Source of the DNA: a virus | Length of the DNA: 64,000 nucleotides | Direction: 5' to 3' (one strand) | Virus record (IMG/VR): IMGVR_UViG_3300037840_000188 | Coordinates: 76,996-140,995 of that record | Part shown: piece after piece, positions 27,186 to 38,354 of the stretch | Position numbering within the stretch: position 1 is the stretch's first letter | Layout: each line of letters begins with the position of its first letter | Position numbers and translations under genes: made by a program | Notes under the pieces: model-generated | Databases searched by the model: none | Told to the model about the DNA's origin: nothing | The model's input: only the letters and a program-made list of their open reading frames with translations

Positions 27186-30170
27186 GTGTCCCCACTCCAG
27201 CCCGACCTCGATACAATTCGCCGCTCCGTCGCTCTATTCCTTAAACCAGGCTCAGTAGCCGAACTGCGCGCCCCGAAATCCAGTCAGGGCGTCATTTCCG
27301 GTTACTTTTCTGATCCCGAGGCTCTCGTCAAAGCGGCGGCCTCAGTTAGTGGGCGAGCGCCGGGCGTTTACGCCACGATCAACAAGGTCCATCCAGACGC
27401 GCTTAAAAAGAATACTCCAAACCAGGCGCGTGCCAACGCTATCGAGACCACAGCCGACCGCGAGATCACGCACCGCTGCTGGCTCCTTTTTGACTTCGAT
27501 CCGAACCGTGCCACCGGAACTTCATCCACAGACGCCGAACACGATGAGGCTCTGAAGGTAGCCGCCGAGGTCGGAAACGCCATTATCGGTGAAGGGTGGC
27601 CCGAGCCGATTTATGCGGACTCTGGAAATGGCGGACATCTTCTCTACCCGCTCGATCTTCCAAACACAGACTATACCCGCGATCTCATAAAAGCCGTCCT
27701 TAAAGCACTGGCGAAGCGCTACGAGACCACCTCGATCACCATCGATAAAACGGTATTTAACGCTTCGCGCATTTCGAAGATATACGGCACTGCGGCATGC
27801 AAGGGGCAGCATACCGAAGAGCGCCCACACCGCCTCAGCTCGCTGATCCACGTACCGTCCGATCTTAAACCAGTTACACAGGATCTTCTCGAAGCCCTTG
27901 CAGCGGAAGTGAAGCCTGAGCCCGCGCCTCCCGCGCCGGAAAGATACTCAAACGCGCCATCGAATTTCCGTCTCGAAGATTTCATGTCCCGTTACGGGAT
28001 CAGAGTACATCGCGGGCCGATTCCTTATGACGGCGGAGAAAAATGGCAGCTGAAGAACTGTCCTTTCAATCCAGAGCACAAAGCTCCGGATTCGATGATT
28101 TTCCGCGCACCATCGGGACGTCTTGGATTCCGGTGCCTCCATAATTCCTGCGCGGATTACAACTGGACCAGCCTGCGCGATCTTTTCGAACCAGAGCGGC
28201 CAAAGGCCAAAGTCACGTCAATCACGAATGGCCATGCCGCTGATCACCCGCCCGCCGAGCCAGAACCAGAAGAAGATCCGGACAGTCATCTCCTCGCGTT
28301 ATGCGATGAGATCATCGCCTCAAAGCAGTCTCACCGGATATACGAGAAGAGCCTATTCGACCTGATCGGAAAAGCAGACAAGTACGTCGGTATCCAAGTC
28401 CGTTCCATGCTCCGAAAAGAGTTCGGGACCGATATGGTGATGACTGGCACTGGATCATGGCCCGAGCTTTATCGGGACGCGATTAAAACCGCCCCATGGC
28501 GAAAGAGAACTCCGGAACTGGAAGACAATCCATCCCCCGGCTCACTACTTCCGGTTCAGATAACCGACCGCCAGCTCCGTGATATATCGCTCGATGCGAT
28601 CCGTCAGGTGAAAGCCAAGAACGACCCACCCAGCCTGTTTGTCCGCTCGGGCGCGCTGGTCCACGTCATTCAGGACGAGAAGGAACGCCCCAGCGTCTCC
28701 GTAGTTACCGAATCCCGGCTGCGAGGAGTCCTCGCCCGCGTCGCCAATTTCATGAAGACCGACCGAAACGGCGAGCAGAGAAACGCGTTCCCGCCGGTCG
28801 AGGTTGTGAAGGACATCATGGCCTTCAATCCCCAATCCTGGCCGTTCCCGCGCCTGATCAGCGTGGCTGAAGTGCCGACCCTCCGTCCGGACGGGACTAT
28901 CCTCGACCAGCCCGGATACGACGAGGACTCGGCTATTTTCTACGCCCCCGCCAGCACCCTGAAGCCTTTCCCGCTCCCGGAGTCTCCCACTTTCGACGAT
29001 GTAGAGAGCGCGAAGTGCCTGGTAGAGGAGGCTATCGGAGAATTTCCTTATGCGGACCTAGCCAGCCACGCCAATACCTACGGCTTGCTTCTCACGCCAA
29101 TCCTGCGCCCGGCATTCAGCGGCTGCGCCCCCCTCGCCGTGGTAGACGCGCCTCAGGCCGGAACCGGTAAGTCTCTCCTGATCGACGTCCTCTCGATCAT
29201 CACCACCGGACGCCCGGCGGCTATGATGCCATACCCATACAAGGAAGAAGAGATGCAGAAACAGATTGGCGCGTCGCTCTCCGCTGGACGCCAACTCATC
29301 GTCTTCGACAACCTGGAAGGTGAACTCCGGAGCCCGGCTCTCGCGCTCGCAATCACCGCCAAAGAATTCGAGGCCAGAATCCTCGGCGTCAGCCAAAACA
29401 TGACGGTCGAGAATTCATCGACGTGGGTAGTAACAGGAAACAATATCCGGCCCGCTGGCGATATGCCCCGACGGTGCTATCAGATCCGGCTGAATGCACA
29501 GAGATCAAAGCCGTACATGGACCGCCAGTTCAAGCACCCCAGACTGCTTAATTGGGTGACTGAAAATCGGTCACAGATCCTCCACGCTCTACTCGTTATC
29601 GCCAGAGCGTGGTTCGCTGATGGCCGAAAAGAAACGGTCCAAAAGACGCTCGGTAGTTTCGAGGAATGGCATCAGATTGTGGGTAGTGTAATTGAACATG
29701 CCAAGATGCCAGAATTTTTGAAGAACTACTCCGACTTCATAGACCAGGAAGACGAGAGTCCTAGACAGTGGGAGGAGTTTCTTTTACAGATATTTACAAT
29801 TTGGGGCGCTGCGAATGCCGAGAAAACTAATGAATTTACTATCGCCGACTTGATTATAGCGATCAATACCGATAAGACGGAACTTCGCACCGTCCTTCCA
29901 GCGGAGGTCGCTGACTGCCTCGAAAAGAAAATCAGTCACCGGATCGTGATCGGCAAGATGTTCCGCACCCGCCGACAACGCCACTTTGGCATCGGTGCAC
30001 GTGAGTGCTGGCTTGACCGAGCCGACGACGGTACAGAGCACAAAGGCTCGGCTAAGTGGGTGGTCTGCCGATCCCTGAAGGGTGCTCAAGCTACGGTTGA
30101 AACTAATCCCCAGATCGAGAGCAAGCCGCCCGACGAAGACCTAGAAGACCGGATGACGCTCTGGTCATAA
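27186..30170 (+). CDS. Primase-helicase (AEP-like primase + Zn finger + P-loop ATPase)
   Basis: LLFDFD, DSGNGGHL, CPFNPEH...CLHNSC, AGTGKS, IVFDN, VTGNN. Confidence 0.85.
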   Translation: MSPLQPDLDTIRRSVALFLKPGSVAELRAPKSSQGVISGYFSDPEALVKAAASVSGRAPGVYATINKVHPDALKKNTPNQARANAIETTADREITHRCWLLFDFDPNRATGTSSTDAEHDEALKVAAEVGNAIIGEGWPEPIYADSGNGGHLLYPLDLPNTDYTRDLIKAVLKALAKRYETTSITIDKTVFNASRISKIYGTAACKGQHTEERPHRLSSLIHVPSDLKPVTQDLLEALAAEVKPEPAPPAPERYSNAPSNFRLEDFMSRYGIRVHRGPIPYDGGEKWQLKNCPFNPEHKAPDSMIFRAPSGRLGFRCLHNSCADYNWTSLRDLFEPERPKAKVTSITNGHAADHPPAEPEPEEDPDSHLLALCDEIIASKQSHRIYEKSLFDLIGKADKYVGIQVRSMLRKEFGTDMVMTGTGSWPELYRDAIKTAPWRKRTPELEDNPSPGSLLPVQITDRQLRDISLDAIRQVKAKNDPPSLFVRSGALVHVIQDEKERPSVSVVTESRLRGVLARVANFMKTDRNGEQRNAFPPVEVVKDIMAFNPQSWPFPRLISVAEVPTLRPDGTILDQPGYDEDSAIFYAPASTLKPFPLPESPTFDDVESAKCLVEEAIGEFPYADLASHANTYGLLLTPILRPAFSGCAPLAVVDAPQAGTGKSLLIDVLSIITTGRPAAMMPYPYKEEEMQKQIGASLSAGRQLIVFDNLEGELRSPALALAITAKEFEARILGVSQNMTVENSSTWVVTGNNIRPAGDMPRRCYQIRLNAQRSKPYMDRQFKHPRLLNWVTENRSQILHALLVIARAWFADGRKETVQKTLGSFEEWHQIVGSVIEHAKMPEFLKNYSDFIDQEDESPRQWEEFLLQIFTIWGAANAEKTNEFTIADLIIAINTDKTELRTVLPAEVADCLEKKISHRIVIGKMFRTRRQRHFGIGARECWLDRADDGTEHKGSAKWVVCRSLKGAQATVETNPQIESKPPDEDLEDRMTLWS

Positions 30171-30199
30171 TCGAGCCCAACTTTAGGTTCATTCCGAGA

Positions 30200-30515
30200 A
30201 TAAAAACAAAAACACTCCCCATTGTTTTTTTGTGTACTACAGATGAAGTTTTTACGATTTATTCGGGGAGTCGCGGAAACTACTTAGATCTCCCCAGCAA
30301 TTCCCCATACACACTCCCCAAATTTATAAGTCTGTATATATGTTATATTTATACGGATACTACGTTTATAGTATGGGGAGTTGGGGAGTCATATGGACTT
30401 CGTATATGAGAACAAAATAAAATACACATTTCCGCATATAATCTTTATTGCTGCATGTGTTCTCACAGCGCCGGGCGGCTCTACAACTCCCCCGACTCCC
30501 CAACCCCCCAAAAAA
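30200..30515. repeat. Putative replication origin: (A)CTCCCC repeats in both orientations with AT-rich tract
   Basis: CTCCCC/GGGGAG near 30215, 30265, 30290, 30314, 30375, 30383, 30487 and 30496, directly after the primase; AT-rich 30320-30372. Confidence 0.5.
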
Positions 30516-31437
30516 AATCAGCGCCCGATGGAAGGCGTTTTCCGCTCACCCCGCTCACCTCCGCCACGCACATTCGAAACTGCTCCTGTTCGCTCGGCTC
30601 TCGGGGGCGACTCCGTGGCGCTGGCGATCCGCCAAGCTCCGTGAGGTCGCCCAACCGCCGGAAATTCGCTGTAGGCCTCCCTAGCACGAAAGGAGGCCAT
30701 CCCACGAACCACTCACACAGCTCCATGGAGCCTAGCTTTACGGCCTTCCTAATTTTTTTTTGATTTTTTTTGGAATTTTACGGTGGTTCCTGAAAAAACC
30801 GTTATTGGGCCTGAGCGTTCAGCGACGCGTCCGCGCGTGGCGTCCGGACCCATCAAACAATGTGGAAGTCTATTTAAGTCAATACTTTGAATGTCTTACG
30901 TGCGGTCTCCGGATACCATGAAAGGACACATAACCGCTCGGTTACGTGTCAACACGAGACGGCATAAACACAGCTAACAACAACAAAACAAACAACATAA
31001 TAGCGGGATAATGGGATAATGGCCGCCGGAGAGTGGCGGTAGTGCCGGAGACCGCGTTACAGGCCGCGTGTAGGGAGTCCGGCGCGCCGATAAAGAGCTG
31101 CCACGCGTTCACTTGCCGCATGTTCACGCGCTAAATCTGCCAATTCCCGACGTGTGCGCCCTAGGTAATCCCGAGGGTGCGCGCAAACAGAACACGCGGT
31201 TTTACTCCGTCGATTGAAGTGTTTACATTGACTGCATCGCCAATCTGAAGCGCCAATCAGCACGTAGACAATCTTACCTAGTCAATGAATATTTATGCAA
31301 TCAGATGACGGATTTAAGCATAGATCAAGTATGGACTCATGTTTCCCGAGTGACCGCGCGGAATGAATAGATATTCATCGCGGTGAATATTTATACATAT
31401 TCGCGGGAGACCACAAACAGCACGGCGAAGATAGGTA

Positions 31438-31466
31438 TTGACGCCAGCAGTGGTACATGCTAACTT
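31438..31466 (+). promoter_or_regulatory. Early promoter copy 1
   Basis: TTGACG-17-TAACTT containing GTACATGCTAA. Confidence 0.7.
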
Positions 31467-32007
31467 ACATAGTGAGGTGATAGCCATGAAACAGAGACAG
31501 ATTACAGTGCTGGCAGCTGAGAGTCAAGACATGTTGGAGTCTCACGGCGCTAGTGTAGAGCAATTATTCGATACCATCGGTGAAGCGAAGAAACGCGCTA
31601 AATACTACCTCACTGAGGACTACATGAACGTTTGCGAGTCCAGTACGAAACTCGGGTATGCTCGGGTCCTGGTGAATGGTGATTGCGTGGCGGACTATGG
31701 CGAATAGCTTGGAACGCGATCCGTTCGGAAAATGCGAGTGTGGCTGTAACCGCGCGCAACATTCAGGCGGACTTGGAATGTGCAATGGCTTCAAATGCCG
31801 TTGTGGACGTTACAAAAAACAGACTCGCGAGTTTCTGCATATGCAAATGATGCGAGACGCGCTGAATGCGGCAATCGAAATGATTGAAGATTTACCCGGC
31901 GATGGACGGACTATAAAGGTATGCTTGCCGAATTACCAGGAACGTAATGATATGGTTCGGCAAATGAAGGCCGCTATCTCGGGTCCGGTGACACTCGAAA
32001 AAAAGTC

Positions 32008-32036
32008 TTGACTTGGTGCATCGTACATGCTAAGCT
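32008..32036 (+). promoter_or_regulatory. Early promoter copy 2
   Basis: TTGACT-17-TAAGCT containing GTACATGCTAA. Confidence 0.7.
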
Positions 32037-32040
32037 GGTT

Positions 32041-32640
32041 TCAGTTAAGGCGAGACACAAGCAAGCGGATAGAGTCACTCCAAGGATACTCACCGATAGC
32101 GCGGGAAACTGCAAGCTTTAACGAGACCACGGGTTACCACGGGACACGGGCAGGGGTTAAATGAGACCTGCCCGTATTACAGGTGCGCCATTCGTTTGCG
32201 GAATGCGGGTAAACTCCGATTCGTCAGCAAGCTTATACGCTCACTTGCGGGAGACACGGGAGACCAGCACGGCGAGACCTGACGCACGCGAGTGGCGACA
32301 CTGGTAAGGGTCTCAAGAGTAGTAACCGCGAAACGCGTTCGAGTGGCGACACTGATATCGCGGAGACCACGGGTAGTCAGTTCATTGATATAGCGTCTCG
32401 GGACAAGCTTACGCTTGCTTCGGATGCAATCGGCCATGGGATACGCGGCCATGGCTATCGTCAGAGACACTGGCGATTCATAACCGGAAACATCAGGTTC
32501 GCAAAAACGTCCGGTTAACGTGCTGATAGACCGCGTGGCACGCGCGGGACTGTGACAGAGTCGGATAGGTGTCAACACACTACGGGAGACCGTAGACGAA
32601 CATATAGAGCCATGAGTGCTTACGCATTCGTGGCTCTTAG
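32041..32640 (+). ncRNA. Candidate large structured ncRNA (~600 nt)
   Basis: No credible + strand ORF after the promoter. Nested helices 32059-67/32412-20, 32122-27/32395-400 and 32132-37/32322-27; hairpins 32146-75 and 32581-94. Confidence 0.55.
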
Positions 32641-32654
32641 TGTTTGGAGATAAC

Positions 32655-33347
32655 ATGTCAAAACTGATTAAAGACGGCGATAGCCTGGTTTCCGCTAAGA
32701 CGTCAGGCGGATATGAAATCCATGTCTATGATGACGGATTCGGCCCATTGTGGATATCCCGAAACTCAATCGGGATTAACGGTATCGTTCGCGCGCGGTC
32801 ATGGGAAGACGCGTACTCGATTTGTGAAGACGAGTTTTTTCCGGAAGCGGACGAGACCATAGAACAGCTGGTTAAAGAGTACGGATTTAAGCGGGAGAAT
32901 GTCAAAATCATTCATCCTGCGCACCGTAAGACTTCCCCAGTGACGTACGCCAATGGCCACGTGGAAGAATTCGACATAGAAACATCCGTCCAACGTGATG
33001 CGACTATGGCGGATTACCAGCTAACCGGCGGTAGTCTATTGCCTGGCCAGTTCGTACGCTGGGAAACGCGGGAAACTCCGGATGCGGACGCGTGGTCCGA
33101 GAATGAACTGTTTTGTGAGGCGTACGGATTCCGTCCAAATGGCCGCAATGAACGGGATACCATCGGCCATGGGATTTACTCGAAAGACTTGAACGGCGAT
33201 AGCCTGGATAGGCTCACTCCGGAATTGCTGGCGGATATCGGTATTGAACTGGTGATTGAGGCTGAAGAGTCCGAAGAATCGGACCCGCGCGACGATCCTG
33301 CAAATAACCCGGATGACGGCGGACGCGAGACACTGGCGGACGCGTAG
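32655..33347 (+). CDS. Acidic early hypothetical protein
   Basis: GGAG before ATG 32655. Confidence 0.6.
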   Translation: MSKLIKDGDSLVSAKTSGGYEIHVYDDGFGPLWISRNSIGINGIVRARSWEDAYSICEDEFFPEADETIEQLVKEYGFKRENVKIIHPAHRKTSPVTYANGHVEEFDIETSVQRDATMADYQLTGGSLLPGQFVRWETRETPDADAWSENELFCEAYGFRPNGRNERDTIGHGIYSKDLNGDSLDRLTPELLADIGIELVIEAEESEESDPRDDPANNPDDGGRETLADA

Positions 33348-33665
33348 ACCATGGAAAAACGCAAAAAACACTCCCATCGTTGCGCGATATGCCGTCAAGG
33401 CGTGTGAGGGGGTGTGTGCGTGTATTGGGCGGGTGGCGGTGAGCTACCCGGATGGTACGGAGGCTAAAGGTGAAATATAACGACAAAACCACACGCGCAA
33501 TCGCGCTTCGTGAGACATGGCCAGCCACCTATGGTGCGGAATTCGTATCTCGCATAATGCTCGACGATGAGAACGTGAGCACCGAGCAAAAGGCACTCAT
33601 CCGCGAATGGCTGGAACGCGACACTACCGCGCGGATCTCTGGAGCATAAGTTTTGTCGAGTGCGC

Positions 33666-33694
33666 TTGACAGCGTACTTCGTACATGCTAAGCT
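33666..33694 (+). promoter_or_regulatory. Early promoter copy 3
   Basis: TTGACA-17-TAAGCT containing GTACATGCTAA. Confidence 0.7.
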
Positions 33695-34476
33695 ACAAAC
33701 CATGACAGAGACGCCCACGCAAAAACTACAGCGTCATACGGCCCTGAGCGTCGAGTACCGGCGCGAAGCCTGGGCAGCGGGCATTACGTCACCGTACCGC
33801 CTCGGGCGCTACGTTCAGGATCGCTTGTGTGGCGTGAGCCATGCACGGGCGATGGAGTTGCAGAAAGGGAAGAGAGAGCCAGTATGAGCAAACGGGAAGC
33901 GCTTGACATTATCATGGACCTCGCACTCGGGAACATGTGCGACCGGGACAAGATGCCAGAAGAGCACACACGGCAGGCGCAGGCAATGGATATTGTGCTA
34001 GCGATGGCGCAGGAGAGCTGAGGCATGCCCAAGCCAACCGAGAAAAGCGGCGACTGCTTTCTTTGCCGGTCCGCGCGTACTCAAATGCGGGGAATTATCC
34101 GCCGTTTGGAGATTTGTGCGCGAACGAATCAGAGCGAGCCAAGGGGCGAGATCGGGGCGCACGCGGTAGCGGCTGAGCAGTGGCGTGTCGCCGCGATCCT
34201 GAAACACTTCGTCGCGGAGTGTCTCTCATGACCACCCAGACCCAGACCCCCGCCGAATGGCTGGCGGAATAGTTCGAATACGAGTATTGCGCCGAATGCG
34301 GCGGGGACGCGGAGCACCATACCGTTATCGGAGTGCTTGGCAATTACTTCGCGCGCTGCGATTATCCGCCATCGGAGGCTACGGGATTGGGGTTTGATCC
34401 GGTCATCGTGGAATACAGGGCACAGAAAGAGAAGGCGACTTCGATCTGATGGCGAAGGAAGGGGATATTTAAGCGA

Positions 34477-34866
34477 ATGTCGACACGTTGCACGACTCAT
34501 TTTAAGTACGGCGAACGCACGGCAGCAGTTGTCTTCCGGCATACCGACGGCTATCCGTCAGGCGCGGGCGTCGACCTGCGTAAGTTTCTGGTCGAATGTA
34601 AGGCGCTGGAAGATAGCAGACTAAGCGACCCCTCAATGCTGGCCGCAAGATATGTGGTTTACCTTGCGGATATGTTCAGGGAGCACGGTGCGTCGCGGTT
34701 AAACTTTCTCTCGGTGCGAGTGATGATGGACGATTCTGGAGACGCTCAGTATCGGTATGTCATCGACTGTGCAAAAATTGACGCGGACGGCCTGCCGGAG
34801 CTGACCTGCCTGAGTGTTTACGACGATCACAAAGAGGTAGCGATACCGAAGGCGGTCGCACTATGA
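34477..34866 (+). CDS. Phage hypothetical protein
   Basis: MSTRC...FRHTDGYPSGAG, a pattern common in phage early genes. Confidence 0.6.
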   Translation: MSTRCTTHFKYGERTAAVVFRHTDGYPSGAGVDLRKFLVECKALEDSRLSDPSMLAARYVVYLADMFREHGASRLNFLSVRVMMDDSGDAQYRYVIDCAKIDADGLPELTCLSVYDDHKEVAIPKAVAL

Positions 34867-35474
34867 CCGACGCCCTGATAGCAGGAGTCTGTTTCGCGGC
34901 CATGATAATCGCGGTTATCATTGGGACAAGGAAGGAGTACTGATGCGCGCGTTAATACTCGGCTGTTTTCTATGCGCCTCTGCGCTGGGATGCGACTACA
35001 CCCCTATCGGCGACAACTGGCGGGAAATCAAGACCGCGCCTCACGTCAGCACGGTCGAGCTGTTCGATGCGACCCAGCCGTGGTATGGCCTTTACAGGTG
35101 GCGTGCTGGCCGGTGGGATCGGATAAGCGCGGGCGGCGATGGGCATTGGCGAATTAAAGAGAGCGGGTGTTTGTTCTGGCGTCCTTACGTTGGACGACTC
35201 GCGGAGTATAAAGATCCTACCGGCGGCGGGCAAGTGGGAAACCATCGACGGGATGCCGTGGGAATGCCGGGAACGAAGCGCACCGAAGCCATCAAAGAAT
35301 TACGTTCTCGCTGAGGCCGGGAAGATGTTCATCAGGAAGGGCAGGGCGACAAGCGTGACGGCGGCTAAGCCTGCCTGCCTGTAGGTGATCTCTGGGCGCG
35401 AGTCGGGCGGCTTGCCCGACGCTGCAAGCAAAGCATTTGGTTTTGGTGTTTGAGTAGGGGAGGTAGAGAGGGAA

Positions 35475-35873
35475 ATGGAATTCGACACGAAAGAACTGGA
35501 GCGGCTGGAGGCAAAGGCCGCTTTGGACTTACAAGCTCATCGTATAGCCGAAAAGACGTGGCGTGAAACCTCGGAGGCGGAGGCATCTGAGCGATCGCGG
35601 CTACGCGCTCTCGGATATGGATCACCGTTTCCGCTTGGGAGCCGCGTTATCAAAACCTCATGGGGAAGAAAAAGCAAATCCATTAAAGGTGTCGTCGAAT
35701 GCATGACAAATGAGAATCGCCGCACTTATGCCGAAAACGGCGGCTCTGGTCATGGCGGTGTATTCGTGGTGCGTCATCTAAAGGCCGATGGAACACCCGG
35801 GATTGCGTTCACTTCGCTTGATCGGTGGGAGTTGGGGAATTGGTCGCTCGTGAAGTCCGAGGTATCTGCATGA
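35475..35873 (+). CDS. Hypothetical protein
   Basis: 132 aa; purine-rich RBS. Confidence 0.55.
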   Translation: MEFDTKELERLEAKAALDLQAHRIAEKTWRETSEAEASERSRLRALGYGSPFPLGSRVIKTSWGRKSKSIKGVVECMTNENRRTYAENGGSGHGGVFVVRHLKADGTPGIAFTSLDRWELGNWSLVKSEVSA

Positions 35874-36613
35874 CCCCTCCAAAGACACCGCAGGCCGAAA
35901 GAGATCCGCGAGTTAACCCGCGCGTCGGTGATGTCTGCTCGTTTCGGGACAAGCCGAGTCGAACCGTGACCAAGCGATTCACCGACGCCTGCGGCTCTGA
36001 ATGGGTGGACTACACGATCACAAAGCAGATTCGCCTCGAAGGATGGAAGCGGACGATGAAGAACAGCCGCGTTTGGGTGGTTTCGGTATGAGCCAGTCTA
36101 CCCGCAGGGAGCAGCACACGCCGAACCGCTTCCGCATTATCTTCAACGGCGAAGAGTATCGAGTTTCGATTCCGAACTACGAGGGCGGCGAGGTTGTTAC
36201 GGCTGAGATCGCCGATCAGATGCTGGTGGCACTAAAATCCATCAACGAATGGATACTCGATACCGGACATCCGATTGAGCGTCGGGATTTGTGGAACGCG
36301 AAGTTTTTGAAGGCTCACGATCTCGCCGCCGCTGCGATCAAGAGAGCAGAGGGTACAGCCCGATGAGACAACCAAAACCGAAGATTGAGATCCGCGTCGG
36401 CCAAGTGTGGCGGGACAAGGACCGCAGACGGCAAGAGGATGGGAATGTGCGCGAGATGACGGTAGCCTTCGTAAACGAGACAATGATAACCGTTGATGTC
36501 CATCACGGACAGGAGCCGGAACTCGACTGGCGCACGATGTTTCAGCGCTCACGTTTCGGCTCAGGCCGCGCGAACGACAGTTTTGAGCTTGTTTCTGAAC
36601 CGGAGGCCACGAA

Positions 36614-37760
36614 GTCAACGACTATCGACCGAAAGTCGATAGCTTGTCCCGCCCGCTGAAAGCGGGCTGAAGACGTTCGGCGCGTTGACGTTGCGCCCTG
36701 CGGCGGTGATTTGCCGCAGCGTTGGTATCTGCATGGGCCTCGTGATGGCACGAGACGCAGCGGAACTTAGACTGGCTGGAGCGGTTGGATTTTGAGATAT
36801 GACTGCAACGATTACATTCGCGGGACGAGTTTCGGGGATCGGTCACCTCGACCGGCACGCCCCCAATTCCAGCTTTGTAAGCCACGAACGATCTCAATTG
36901 CCTGAACGCCCAACTTCGCAGAACTACCCGTTGCGACTTCCTAACCTTTACCCGGTCGAGAATACCGCCAAGTTCTTCGATGGCGATACCCCGACCAGTG
37001 CCTTTGGCTGTCGCAACGATCTGTTTGGATATGCAATGGTTAATGTCACGAGCAAAACGCGATTCTTTGCCCGCCAATTTACGAAGACGACGGCGTGCCG
37101 ACTTCGTTTGAAGCTTCTGGAGTTTGGTTCTCAGTCGGCGCTGCCGATGCCGCACGGCTTTGACCGGCTTACCGCTGTAGTGCTTTCCGTCCGAGTCGCT
37201 GGCGATATTAGTAATCCCGAAGTCGACGCCAAGGAAATCATCGGCGTCTCTCGGTTCGGGCTCCTCAACGTTACACGTGGCTGTCAGAAACCAGTTGCCG
37301 CGATGGAAGAGAAGATCAGATTCGCCCTGGCGGGATGCGAGCAGCGCCAGCTGCCTCTCTCCTGCGACAAAGTTGCATTTTATGCGCCCGTCGAGAGTGC
37401 TTATGGAAACTGTCTTCTTATCGACATGCCACGTCAGATTTCGGTCGTCGAATGCGAGGCTACCGAGCGGCTTAAATCGCCGCTTTGTTTTCTTGTCGAG
37501 CTTATATGCGTCCGCGACCTTCGCTGTGCATCGGACGGCCACTTGGGCTGGAATTCCGAAGGTCTCTCGCAGTTCTCGGTACGAGAGTTTCTGGAGCGCG
37601 TATTGGGCAAACGTCTTCTGTTTCCACGCTTGATCGCTCAGCCAATTGCAGGCTTTATTTGCCGTGCGCAGTAACTTATCGAGAGCCATCCGTTGCGCGG
37701 CGTCGGGGAGCAATTTAACTTTTGCGGAAAGCTTCAATGATCCAGTATAATCAAGTATTG
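36614..37760 (-). mobile_element. Non-autonomous IS200/IS605-family (TnpB-only) element
   Basis: Right-end hairpin CTATCGAC-TTTCG-GTCGATAG followed by TCGTTGAC. Removing the element restores GGAGG-7 nt-ATG with a stop/start overlap. Inferred TAM TTCAT. Confidence 0.7.
36622..37737 (-). CDS. tnpB: TnpB RNA-guided endonuclease
   Basis: LGVDFG, IAIEEL, CNRC...CVSC, ADTNAAAN; likely TTG start at 37737. Confidence 0.9.
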   Translation of the reverse strand: MKLSAKVKLLPDAAQRMALDKLLRTANKACNWLSDQAWKQKTFAQYALQKLSYRELRETFGIPAQVAVRCTAKVADAYKLDKKTKRRFKPLGSLAFDDRNLTWHVDKKTVSISTLDGRIKCNFVAGERQLALLASRQGESDLLFHRGNWFLTATCNVEEPEPRDADDFLGVDFGITNIASDSDGKHYSGKPVKAVRHRQRRLRTKLQKLQTKSARRRLRKLAGKESRFARDINHCISKQIVATAKGTGRGIAIEELGGILDRVKVRKSQRVVLRSWAFRQLRSFVAYKAGIGGVPVEVTDPRNSSRECNRCSHISKSNRSSQSKFRCVSCHHEAHADTNAAANHRRRAQRQRAERLQPAFSGRDKLSTFGR

Positions 37761-38030
37761 ATGAAAAAAGCAAATCTCGACGGAAACTGGCAGTCGATGG
37801 GCGACGAGAAGTTGGATGCCGTAGCCGCTGCCTTGGGCTGGGAAGATCCCGCTGGCTGCACGTCTGAGGCGAAGCAATGAGCGACCGCCTGAAAGGCTGC
37901 ATTGTCAGTTTCGACCACGATATCCGCGAAGACGACGCCGAGTTTTACCTAAACGCCATCCGTGCAATAAAAGGGAATTATATACATAATTTCCCTTGAC
38001 TCCTTTGGGGTAATCATCTACTATTGAGAC

Positions 38031-38354
38031 ATGGAGAGCAACACAATGACCTGCGAAAAATGTACCGAACAGATAACAATTCACGCCGACGGCACGGCTG
38101 CTTGCGGATGCGAACTTCGGAGTTTGGCCGAGTTGCTGGCGGGTAAAACCGACCCGGCGGGATGGGACGCGGAACTGGTGACGCGGGACGCGGCGAAAGA
38201 AGTCCTGATGTCCGCAATCGACGATGAAGAGTTGGCCGATTTCGTCCACGAATCGGTGGATGAGCCTGCTGTGCTTCTTCGTGCCAAGGGCGACATCGAA
38301 CTCGCTATATCTTTGTGCCAGGCAGCTCTGGCCGATTTTAAGGCGGAAGCGTAA
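38031..38354 (+). CDS. IS passenger, acidic protein with Cys pairs
   Basis: 107 aa, abuts the transposase start. Confidence 0.55.
   Translation: MESNTMTCEKCTEQITIHADGTAACGCELRSLAELLAGKTDPAGWDAELVTRDAAKEVLMSAIDDEELADFVHESVDEPAVLLRAKGDIELAISLCQAALADFKAEA

Noticed and set aside
32090-32610. Group I intron call for the large non-coding region
   Set aside because: Fragments resemble P/Q/R elements (GCGGGAAAC, UCAGCAAGC, UCAGAGAC), but I could not build P3/P7 convincingly and no interrupted gene flanks it.
36799-37674. 291-aa plus-strand ORF
   Set aside because: Antisense to tnpB, no recognisable motifs.
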